A stretch of 58,769 bases of DNA, from IMG/VR virus record IMGVR_UViG_3300027749_003369. One strand, written 5' to 3'. The translations under genes were made by a program, and so were the position numbers. Positions 47,721 to 56,009 of this stretch are shown piece by piece. The notes under the pieces are model-generated. The model saw only the letters and a program-made list of their open reading frames with translations. It was not told where the DNA came from and did no database searches. The number at the start of each line of letters is the position of its first letter. The first letter of the stretch is position 1. The stretch is from an uncultured virus (IMG/VR IMGVR_UViG_3300027749_003369) (Duplodnaviria > Heunggongvirae > Uroviricota > Caudoviricetes).

Positions 47721-48802
47721 TAATTAAACCTACTGAGTTATGTAACTTTAAATGTACTTTTTGTTCTAGTACAAAGATATCCGAACATAGAAAAGATGAA
47801 TTATCACATGAACAAATAATTACATTTTTAAAAAGATTTCCTCAAACGAGAACAATTATAGTTAATGGTGGGGATCCTTTAATGATGGAACCAGAATATT
47901 ATTGGAAAATTATTAAATGGTTAGATAAAAATAATTATAAAACAACACTTGCATTAACAACCAATTTGTGGCCATTTTACAAAAAACCAGAGAAATGGAA
48001 AGACTTATTTAATAATGAAAGAGTGGGTGTAACTACTTCGTTTCAATATGGAGGTGGCCGCCTTAAAGGAGATTATTCAGAATTTACAGAAGAAGATTTT
48101 TGGAAATGTTCAGATACAATGTTAGAGCACTGTGGTTATAGGCCAGATTTTATATCTGTTATAGTACCTGAAAATGAAAAAGTTGCAATTAAAAATGTAG
48201 AACTTGCAAAACGTATGAGTGAAGATGTTGTACCTGATGGTACATTACACAACTTTACACGTTATAGTAAAACCGGCGTAGAATGTAAATTAAACTATGC
48301 AATGGCCAGCGGTGAACAAGGTAAACCTTATTTACTGAGTAAAATATATCAAATCTATGTAGAGATATGGAAACGTGGTCTTGCGCCTTGGGAATTTAAT
48401 ACAAAACAAATGATGCAACGATTAACTGGTGGTAGAACATCATGTCCTCAAAATCGTAAATGTGATAGTGGTATTCGTGCATTAAATCCTAGTGGTGATT
48501 ATTATTCTTGTGGTTCGTTTGGTGATGATAAAGATAAATCAATAGATTTTAATAAAGAAATGAAGGGTGAGTTTTTTACGCCATTACAAGATGATGTTAA
48601 TCTTATTAGTATGAAGAAGGCCTGTTTTACTTGTCCTATGTTTGAGATATGTAATGGTTGTAGAAAAACAATTAAAGATTTAAAACAACATAATATGGTA
48701 GAAGAACATTGTAAATTAATGAAATCTATTGCACCAGATATACTTAAATCTAACAAACTAAATATAGAAGTAACACCTTATATAAATGAAAGTATACTAT
48801 GA
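47711..48802 (+). CDS. radical SAM/SPASM protein
   Basis: KPTELCNFKCTFC, NGGDP, GDYYSC, CFTCPMFEICNGC. Confidence 0.93.
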   Translation: MDLIIKPTELCNFKCTFCSSTKISEHRKDELSHEQIITFLKRFPQTRTIIVNGGDPLMMEPEYYWKIIKWLDKNNYKTTLALTTNLWPFYKKPEKWKDLFNNERVGVTTSFQYGGGRLKGDYSEFTEEDFWKCSDTMLEHCGYRPDFISVIVPENEKVAIKNVELAKRMSEDVVPDGTLHNFTRYSKTGVECKLNYAMASGEQGKPYLLSKIYQIYVEIWKRGLAPWEFNTKQMMQRLTGGRTSCPQNRKCDSGIRALNPSGDYYSCGSFGDDKDKSIDFNKEMKGEFFTPLQDDVNLISMKKACFTCPMFEICNGCRKTIKDLKQHNMVEEHCKLMKSIAPDILKSNKLNIEVTPYINESIL

Positions 48803-49548
48803 GAGATTTATTAATAACTTCTTCGTATCAAATACAAGTAGAATATAATAACAAATATATTCAAGAGCAAAAATATTTAATAGATCAAAAAAAATTAATA
48901 TCTGAAAATGAAGTATTAAATTATAAACACAAAGATGGTAGAATATATGCTTCTGATTCTGACAAAGGAGGTGATCTTTATTTAGCAGTAAGTGTTAGTC
49001 CTTACCATCCTAAGTTTGAAGAACAGGTTGAAGATGGTATTAAAGATATGGTTTTTGCGTTTTTAAATAAAAATTATATGACTGTTAGTAGTTGCGAAGG
49101 ACATTATAAAAATTTTAATTCTTCTAATGTTGTATTGGCGTTTCCTTATTCTGAAGATAGAGACATTGTTGTTGAAAAATTAAAAAATATTCCATTTGTA
49201 ACTTTTGAATTTTTGGACAGAATAGCTAATGTAGAAAGTTATAAAGATAAAGATGGTATTATGAAAATTAAAAGACTAAAAATAGAAAATCATTCTTATG
49301 AAGCTGAAGCTGAAAGCATTAATAAATTGTTTTTTAAAAAATATAAAAGATATTATTTTTTAGAAATTAGATTTTTTAAATACAAGTATGAACATATAGA
49401 GTGGCCTTATAGTTATCATTTTTTTAATTTTTTAATACCATTAAATGCTTTGTTTGTTAATTATTTAAGAAAAAAATATGAAAAACAAATTAAAAATATA
49501 GTTATAAATATAATTAATAGTAAAGAGTTTTTAGCTTATGACAAATAA
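48799..49548 (+). CDS. hypothetical protein with TVSSCEGH motif
   Basis: ORF coupled to neighbours; motif reminiscent of the TYW3-like TxSSCxG. Confidence 0.65.
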   Translation: MRDLLITSSYQIQVEYNNKYIQEQKYLIDQKKLISENEVLNYKHKDGRIYASDSDKGGDLYLAVSVSPYHPKFEEQVEDGIKDMVFAFLNKNYMTVSSCEGHYKNFNSSNVVLAFPYSEDRDIVVEKLKNIPFVTFEFLDRIANVESYKDKDGIMKIKRLKIENHSYEAEAESINKLFFKKYKRYYFLEIRFFKYKYEHIEWPYSYHFFNFLIPLNALFVNYLRKKYEKQIKNIVINIINSKEFLAYDK

Positions 49549-50122
49549 TATGAATGAAGGTATGAATTATTGTTGGCCAACGACTATATTGAAAGACACC
49601 ATTGTTGATAAAAAAATATTAGATGGTGTTGTAAATCATATTTTCTCTAATTATGATTCAGAACAATTTAAAGAATCTTTAGATATGAAAGACGGAAATT
49701 TATTTAATGATAAATATTTTATTACATTTAAAGAAAAAATTGTTATACCTTCTTTTAAAAAATATTTAAAATTACAAAATCTTAATATTGAAAAAAATTT
49801 TCACACAAAAGCTTGGATAACAGGTAGCAAATCTTCTTATTCTATGCCCACACATAATCATTCCGGTTCTCATTTGAGTGCTGTATTTTATTTATTGTGT
49901 GAAGATCAAAATCAAGGAGGTGGATTAATATTACATGATCCTAGGCATAACGCAAATAGAGGATATATTTCTGAATTAAAAGATTGGTTTAAGCCAATAA
50001 AATTTTATCCCAAGTCTGGAGATATAATTATTTTTCCAAGTTTTTTATATCATAATGTAGAACCTTTTTTTGGAAAAATAAGACTTGCTATGCCTATAGA
50101 TTTATTTTTAATAGATGAATAA
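49538..50122 (+). CDS. 2OG-Fe(II) oxygenase (TIGR02466-like)
   Basis: HNHSGSHLSAVFY, DPR, GDIIIFPSFLYHNV. Confidence 0.88.
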   Translation: MTNNMNEGMNYCWPTTILKDTIVDKKILDGVVNHIFSNYDSEQFKESLDMKDGNLFNDKYFITFKEKIVIPSFKKYLKLQNLNIEKNFHTKAWITGSKSSYSMPTHNHSGSHLSAVFYLLCEDQNQGGGLILHDPRHNANRGYISELKDWFKPIKFYPKSGDIIIFPSFLYHNVEPFFGKIRLAMPIDLFLIDE

Positions 50123-50624
50123 TATTGAACAACATAAATCTAATTTTCTTACAAAAGGATTTACTGTATTTAAAGGTAACAAATATACTGATCTTGTAAA
50201 TCTTGATACTATTGAATGGAATTTTCCTGGTACAGATAACGACTATCATCCTACTGGAGATACTAAACAATTAGATAAGGCCTTAATGGCCATACATTTT
50301 AATATTTCAGATAAAATAGTGCAACCCATGTTTGGCGAACATGTTATGGGAGATCGTCAGATGTGGGAAGGCATTTATACAAAAGCAAGTGAATGGCATA
50401 ATGATATAGAAGAATGTGATTTCTTTTTTATACTATATTTTTCAGAAATGAAAAAATATAAACAAGGAGAAATACAATTTAAAACAGATAAAGAAATGTG
50501 GACATTTTATCCAAGTGTTGGTTCTTTGGTGTTAGTTAATAATGATACAAAATTTAAACACAGGGCAGGTAAAACAGATAAACAGAGAATACAAGCATCT
50601 TTTTACTTTAATTTAAACAAATGA
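50115..50624 (+). CDS. 2OG-Fe(II) oxygenase
   Basis: WHND...FKHRA...RIQASF. Confidence 0.8.
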   Translation: MNNIEQHKSNFLTKGFTVFKGNKYTDLVNLDTIEWNFPGTDNDYHPTGDTKQLDKALMAIHFNISDKIVQPMFGEHVMGDRQMWEGIYTKASEWHNDIEECDFFFILYFSEMKKYKQGEIQFKTDKEMWTFYPSVGSLVLVNNDTKFKHRAGKTDKQRIQASFYFNLNK

Positions 50625-51547
50625 AATCAATAACAGTATCAATCAATCCTAGTTATTTTTGCAACTTTAGATGCAACTTTTGTTATCTTACACCTGAACA
50701 ATTGGGAGATCAAAAAAAAATACCACTAGCAATACTTGATCAAAGACTTAAAGAAATTAGTAGAGTAAGAAAGATTGATTGGGTAGATTTATATGGTGGA
50801 GAAATAGGTGCTTTAAAGAAAGATTATTTTTATGGATTAAAAGATGTTATAAGAAAATACTATAAAGATAAAATCAATATTATAACAAATCTTTCAATGT
50901 TACATGAAGGTTTTTTTGAAGATGATTTTTATTTGGGGGTAAGTTATGATTTTGAAGCAAGAGAAAAGTCTGATTTGGTTTATAATAACATGTTTCATAG
51001 TCCTGTGCCTATTGCGGTATTAATACTTGCGAGTCAAAAGGTTTTAGAAATGGATGTAGATGATATGATACAAAAAATGAATTTATGTTCTAGTATAGAA
51101 AGTGTAGAGATTAAACCGTATTCAATAAATCAAGCCAATTCTCAACCTGTTACTCATAAAGATTTTGAATTATTTGTTAAAAAATGGATTGAAAGTCCTA
51201 TTAAAAAAAGATTTGATTTTATAAATGAAGGTAATATAATTAGGAGTTTAAAAAAAGAATATAACGCATTTTCAAACAATCATGTTTATATAACACCTAA
51301 TGGAAATTTTGCTGTGTTAGAATTTGATGAAAATGACAAAGAATACTTTTTAGAGTTAAATTCAATTAAAGAATATGTAAAATGGGCTGAACAAGAACCT
51401 ATCAACAATGTTTCAGATATATGTAGAAAGTGTAAATATTATGGCCATTGTTTAACGGAACATTATCGTTATGTAAAAGATTTAGATAATGGTTGCAATG
51501 GATATAAAGGACTATTGGATTACTATGCACAAAGAATGGAAAATTAG
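50621..51547 (+). CDS. radical SAM protein with C-terminal Cys cluster
   Basis: CNFRCNFC, LYGGE, CRKCKYYGHC. Confidence 0.9.
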   Translation: MKSITVSINPSYFCNFRCNFCYLTPEQLGDQKKIPLAILDQRLKEISRVRKIDWVDLYGGEIGALKKDYFYGLKDVIRKYYKDKINIITNLSMLHEGFFEDDFYLGVSYDFEAREKSDLVYNNMFHSPVPIAVLILASQKVLEMDVDDMIQKMNLCSSIESVEIKPYSINQANSQPVTHKDFELFVKKWIESPIKKRFDFINEGNIIRSLKKEYNAFSNNHVYITPNGNFAVLEFDENDKEYFLELNSIKEYVKWAEQEPINNVSDICRKCKYYGHCLTEHYRYVKDLDNGCNGYKGLLDYYAQRMEN

Positions 51548-51929
51548 ACAAGAATTATATCATAGAATGGTAACAGATCATGGTGATGATCTTAATAAAT
51601 TACCAGTAGAATTTTCTAATGATATAGTTGAAAATGCTGTAAGATATTTTTACAATAAAGATATGCCTTTTATATATCCTTCTAAAAGTTATGTTGTGGC
51701 TATATGTTATGCTTATTGGTTATCAAAAGATTTTGATGAAGATTTTTATGAATTATTAAATGATGGTGATTTGTTGTATCGTAATGATTCATATTTTAAG
51801 ACTTATGATGCAGATATAAATACTTATGATAGTATATTAAATAAAATTATGCCTTTAGATGAAACTAAAGGTATTGTTCCGGACATAAAAGAATATTATA
51901 AGAAAGAGTTTTTAATAGATGAATCTTAA
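51525..51929 (+). CDS. hypothetical protein of the radical SAM cluster
   Basis: MHKEWKIRQELY...IYPSKSYVVAICYA; ORF track 51489..51929. Confidence 0.72.
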   Translation: MHKEWKIRQELYHRMVTDHGDDLNKLPVEFSNDIVENAVRYFYNKDMPFIYPSKSYVVAICYAYWLSKDFDEDFYELLNDGDLLYRNDSYFKTYDADINTYDSILNKIMPLDETKGIVPDIKEYYKKEFLIDES

Positions 51930-52599
51930 TTTTGATTATCAGTTTGATGTGCATAAATTTCACGAAATAGGATTTAATGTAGGAATATTGCCTTCTGAAT
52001 TTGTACAAGAAGCAAAAAGAATAGTTAGTAATACAAAATTTAACACAGATGCGCCTGCACCTCATTCAGCAACTTGGATGCAAATACCTAAAGGTTTAAA
52101 TTTAGAAAAACATGGACTTGGTGAATTTGGATATGAAGAAAATTTAAAAGATTTATATTGTTACAATAATGCACCGCATCATCTTAAAAATTTAGCAAAC
52201 GAAATAGTATCTTTAAAATTTTTTGAGCCATTAAAAAAAAGTTTAGTAAAAGATCAACATAAAGATACATCTTGGTTGCGTTCAATAAGACCATTTACTT
52301 ATGGTTTATGGAATAATACAGAAACTTTAGCATGGCATAATGATAATTATGATAGTAGTTATATGGTTATGTTAATGTACTTTAATGATTATCCTGAATG
52401 GAAACCTGAATGGAAAGGTCAAGTTTGTTTTGGTAAAGAAAACGAAGAAGGAATTATAACAGAAATACATCAACATTTTCCTAGTGATGGAACATTTGTT
52501 TGTATTAATAATTATAATCCTTTATTTAAACATAGAGTTGAACAAAACGATTTAACTAAAAACAGATTTACTTTTAACTTTAAATTTAAAATACACTAA
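51919..52599 (+). CDS. 2OG-Fe(II) oxygenase (prolyl-hydroxylase-like), paralog A
   Basis: WHND, EWKPEWKG, FKHRV, RFTF. Confidence 0.85.
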   Translation: MNLNFDYQFDVHKFHEIGFNVGILPSEFVQEAKRIVSNTKFNTDAPAPHSATWMQIPKGLNLEKHGLGEFGYEENLKDLYCYNNAPHHLKNLANEIVSLKFFEPLKKSLVKDQHKDTSWLRSIRPFTYGLWNNTETLAWHNDNYDSSYMVMLMYFNDYPEWKPEWKGQVCFGKENEEGIITEIHQHFPSDGTFVCINNYNPLFKHRVEQNDLTKNRFTFNFKFKIH

Positions 52600-52600
52600 C

Positions 52601-53368
52601 ATGAACCTTAATTTTGATTATCAATTTGACGTATATAAATTCTTTGAAGTAGGATTTAACATTGGCATATTACCTAATGATTTGACTGAAGATGCAAAAC
52701 AAATAATAGCAGAAACTAAATTTGAAAATTTTATTGAAGAAAATCAAAAGACAATAGAAAATAAAACAAATTCAAATCTTACCGAGGCAGATATTAAAAA
52801 AGGTCCTATTGCAGCAACATGGTCTCAAATGCCATTAGATACTTTAACTAATATTATATCTCCTAATAATAAAAAAATTTATACTATAAATGATTTCCCC
52901 TATGAAGAACAATTAAGAGATTTATACTGTTACAATAATGCACCTGATAGTGTAAAAGAATTAGCAATTAAAGTTTTAGAAATGCCATTTTTTGATCCGT
53001 TAAGATTAAGTTTAGTAAAAGATGGTATGACACAGAATACTTGGTTAAGAACTATTAAATCTTTTACTTATGGTTTATGGAATGGTACAGAAGATTTACC
53101 TTGGCATAATGATTCCGATGATTGTTGTAATATGATTGTATTGATGTACTTTAATGATTATCCTGAATGGAAACCAGAATGGAATGGACAAATATGTTTT
53201 GGTAAAGAACAAGAAGATGGAAGTATTAAAGAAATACATCATCATTATCCAGTTGATGGAACATTTGTTTGTATTAATAACTATAATCCTTTAATGAGAC
53301 ATAGTACAATAGCAAACGATTATACTAAAAATAGATATACTTTTAATTTTAAATTTAAATTTGAATAG
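52601..53368 (+). CDS. 2OG-Fe(II) oxygenase, paralog B
   Basis: Same MNLNFDYQFDV start; WHND, EWKPEWNG, MRHS, RYTF. Confidence 0.85.
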   Translation: MNLNFDYQFDVYKFFEVGFNIGILPNDLTEDAKQIIAETKFENFIEENQKTIENKTNSNLTEADIKKGPIAATWSQMPLDTLTNIISPNNKKIYTINDFPYEEQLRDLYCYNNAPDSVKELAIKVLEMPFFDPLRLSLVKDGMTQNTWLRTIKSFTYGLWNGTEDLPWHNDSDDCCNMIVLMYFNDYPEWKPEWNGQICFGKEQEDGSIKEIHHHYPVDGTFVCINNYNPLMRHSTIANDYTKNRYTFNFKFKFE

Positions 53369-53404
53369 TGTATAAATGTTACGTAACAACATAAAACAAA
53401 TAAT

Positions 53405-53980
53405 ATGATAAATGTTTGCTGTGTTTTTTATAATAATAGAGAAGATATCTATAAAGTTGAAAATTTGCATGACATGGTAAAAAAACATTTAACTTTACCT
53501 TTTAAATTTTATTGTTTTATAGATCAATCAGACTTTGTTTATGAGAATAAAAATGATATAATATTTAAAACATTGCCAAGAAAAGATTTATTAGGATGGT
53601 GGAATAAATTGCAATTATTCAATTATGAAATAGAATTAGAAGGAATAAATATTTTTTTAGATTTAAATGTAAAAATTACAAAAAACATTAATAATTTTGC
53701 TACATATCATAACAATTATTCTTTTAATATAACAGAAAATTTTGAATCAAACATAATAAAATGGAACAATAAAACAGCATCTTTTATATGGAAAGAATAT
53801 ATTACTAAATATTTTTCAATATTACATATAAAGTTTAATGATGAAATAGCTTCTATTATATTTGAAGAATATAAAAAAAAGAAGAAAGATATTTATTTTT
53901 TTAATGAACAACAAGTTTTAAAAAATATAATGTATAATAATAAATTATTAAAATTTTTTCCTAAAGACTGGAGTTTATAA
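53405..53980 (+). CDS. GT-A-like glycosyltransferase, possibly degenerate
   Basis: MVKKHLTLPFKFYCF, GWWNKLQLF; DxD position reads DLN. Confidence 0.6.
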   Translation: MINVCCVFYNNREDIYKVENLHDMVKKHLTLPFKFYCFIDQSDFVYENKNDIIFKTLPRKDLLGWWNKLQLFNYEIELEGINIFLDLNVKITKNINNFATYHNNYSFNITENFESNIIKWNNKTASFIWKEYITKYFSILHIKFNDEIASIIFEEYKKKKKDIYFFNEQQVLKNIMYNNKLLKFFPKDWSL

Positions 53981-54086
53981 TAAAGATATATGGTTTATTT
54001 ACCTTCTAAAAGTTGTGCCATTTAATGAAAATAAAGGTATAGTACCTGACATAAAGAATTATTATATGGCTGAATTTTTTTTATAA
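53976..54086 (+). pseudogene. internally deleted remnant of a homolog of 51525..51929
   Basis: YNKDIWFIY plus CCTTCTAAAAGTT joined directly to PFNENKGIVPDIKNYYMAEFFL*. Confidence 0.8.
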
Positions 54087-54089
54087 ATA
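54082..54089 (+). promoter_or_regulatory. T4-type late promoter
   Basis: TATAAATA. Confidence 0.75.
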
Positions 54090-54108
54090 GTAATATAACA
54101 ACATAAAG

Positions 54109-54330
54109 GTGAATGATATGACAATTAATATAAACGGTAAAGAATATGACGAAACTAAGTTTGACGACATATTAAAAAATTACATTATAGCTAGACAAGA
54201 AATACAAAATAGTAGAATTAGAATAGTTATGGAACTTGAAAAAATTGATGTTCTTACAAACTATTATAATTCTAAAATTAATGAAGAATTAAAAAAATTA
54301 GAAGAACCAAAAGAAAATAATAAAGAATAA
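54109..54330 (+). CDS. small coiled-coil hypothetical protein
   Basis: MTININGKEYD...; start 54109 or 54118. Confidence 0.7.
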   Translation: MNDMTININGKEYDETKFDDILKNYIIARQEIQNSRIRIVMELEKIDVLTNYYNSKINEELKKLEEPKENNKE

Positions 54331-54333
54331 AAA

Positions 54334-54681
54334 ATGGCAGGTATAGCAAACTTATCAATAGACGCTGGCGCTACATTTACAAGTGATGTATTGGTACAAA
54401 ATGATGATGGTACAGCTTTTAACTTAGCGGGTTATACAGCTCAAGGCAAAATGTCAAAGGGGTATTCTGTTACTTACGATAGAGTATATTTTGATATTAC
54501 TGTCTATGAAGCTGACGGAATTGTAACTATAAAATTGGATCCAGCTACAACTGCTTTGTTAGAAGATGGACGTTGGGTATATGATGTTGAAATAACAAAC
54601 ACAGCTGACAGCACTGTAACTCGTGTGGTTGAAGGTATTATTACTGTTTATCCTGGCGTAGTTTCTACTTACACTGTATAA
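54334..54681 (+). CDS. virion protein, BppU-N-like fibre attachment domain
   Basis: ANLSIDAGATF...FNLAGYTA...GRWVYDVEI...TRVVEGIITVYPGV. Confidence 0.7.
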   Translation: MAGIANLSIDAGATFTSDVLVQNDDGTAFNLAGYTAQGKMSKGYSVTYDRVYFDITVYEADGIVTIKLDPATTALLEDGRWVYDVEITNTADSTVTRVVEGIITVYPGVVSTYTV

Positions 54682-56009
54682 TTAAAAAATTTGTTTGTAG
54701 GTAATTTTATTTCGGTATTGTTTTTTGAAAAATGATAATCTCCATCTGGGCCATTATCACAAAAAGGTCCTGAAATTAATCTAAAACCTAAATTCTCAAC
54801 ATATTTAATTACTTCATCTCTTAGAGGTGCGCCTTTATTATATTCTACTATTTGTAATTCTAATATTAAATCTTTACAATGTTTTAAAGCTTCTTTAGAT
54901 CCTTTTAGTACATCTAATTCAGCACCTTGTACATCTATTTTTATCAAGTCCGGCATAGGTAGATTTCTTGAACTTATGATACCATCTAAAGTTTTAGTTT
55001 TATATAATTTTTTATTACTTTCATTATACAATTTATTAGATTCAGAACTGATTTGTTCGTTTTCTTTATAATAACTATTTCCACCAGGATGATAAGTGTT
55101 TTTATAAAAATTAACTTCTTTATCATTTACATCACTTAATACACCTATATGATATTGTAAATTATTTTCTTTATATAAAAATTCACACTCAGACATAGCT
55201 TCAAAAACAACATACTCAGCATTTGGCCATATTGTTTTAGCTTCACTTGTCCAATGTAAAACACAAGCACCTATATCGTAAATTACTTTAGGTGATATGT
55301 TTAAGCTTTTTAAATAATCTACATGTATTTGAGGTAGTAATCTTTTAGTTGATAATTCTTTTAATCTATCAGGTATATTAAGTTCATCTTTTTTTAAAGT
55401 TGGTGTATTAGTTGTACTTTCTACTTTAAAAATTGTATTACCTATATGTTCACAATGTACTGTTGTATCGGCAAATATTCCAAAACCTTTTGATTTAACT
55501 TTTCTACAAAAATCAACATCTTCCGATATTGTGTTTTTATGATCTATTGCTGAATGATAAACAAAATGAGGATAAGATATTGATCTAAAAACATCTCCTT
55601 TAATTAATACACAGCCCATACCACATGCTACTAATTCCACTAATGGAATATCTTTTATTTTTTCAAATGGTATATTTGAACATCCGCCTTTTTCATTAGG
55701 TTCATAAACTTCTAATATATGTTCGTTTTGTTTTCTTTGTATATACAGACCTGACACCATATCTTTATTATGACTTAAAAGTTTTTTAAGTGTATCTGGT
55801 GAAAAAGAAATATCACTATCTACCGAAAACAAATAATCATAATGAGTTGACCAATGTGCTATTAAATTTCTTATTTGATCTATTTGATAACCAAAGAAAA
55901 ATTGTAATTCTGTAGTATAACCTTCAGGAACTTCAAGATCGTAGATGGCCTTCATTGTTTTTGTTTCAACGTATTTGTTTGTTGGTATAGCAATTAATAT
56001 CTTTTTCAT
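54669..56009 (-). CDS. GT-A glycosyltransferase fused to FkbM-family methyltransferase
   Basis: YLFSVDSD, CGMGCVLI, SEDVDFC; then YDIGA, DLIKIDVQGAELDVLKG. Confidence 0.88.
   Translation of the reverse strand: MKKILIAIPTNKYVETKTMKAIYDLEVPEGYTTELQFFFGYQIDQIRNLIAHWSTHYDYLFSVDSDISFSPDTLKKLLSHNKDMVSGLYIQRKQNEHILEVYEPNEKGGCSNIPFEKIKDIPLVELVACGMGCVLIKGDVFRSISYPHFVYHSAIDHKNTISEDVDFCRKVKSKGFGIFADTTVHCEHIGNTIFKVESTTNTPTLKKDELNIPDRLKELSTKRLLPQIHVDYLKSLNISPKVIYDIGACVLHWTSEAKTIWPNAEYVVFEAMSECEFLYKENNLQYHIGVLSDVNDKEVNFYKNTYHPGGNSYYKENEQISSESNKLYNESNKKLYKTKTLDGIISSRNLPMPDLIKIDVQGAELDVLKGSKEALKHCKDLILELQIVEYNKGAPLRDEVIKYVENLGFRLISGPFCDNGPDGDYHFSKNNTEIKLPTNKFFNYTV

Noticed and set aside
41576..51547. 7-deazaguanine or other DNA hypermodification role for the radical SAM genes
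   Set aside because: No QueC/QueD/FolE/DpdA or nucleotide-handling genes in the cluster; SPASM-like tails and fibre context favour protein substrates, though this is not excluded
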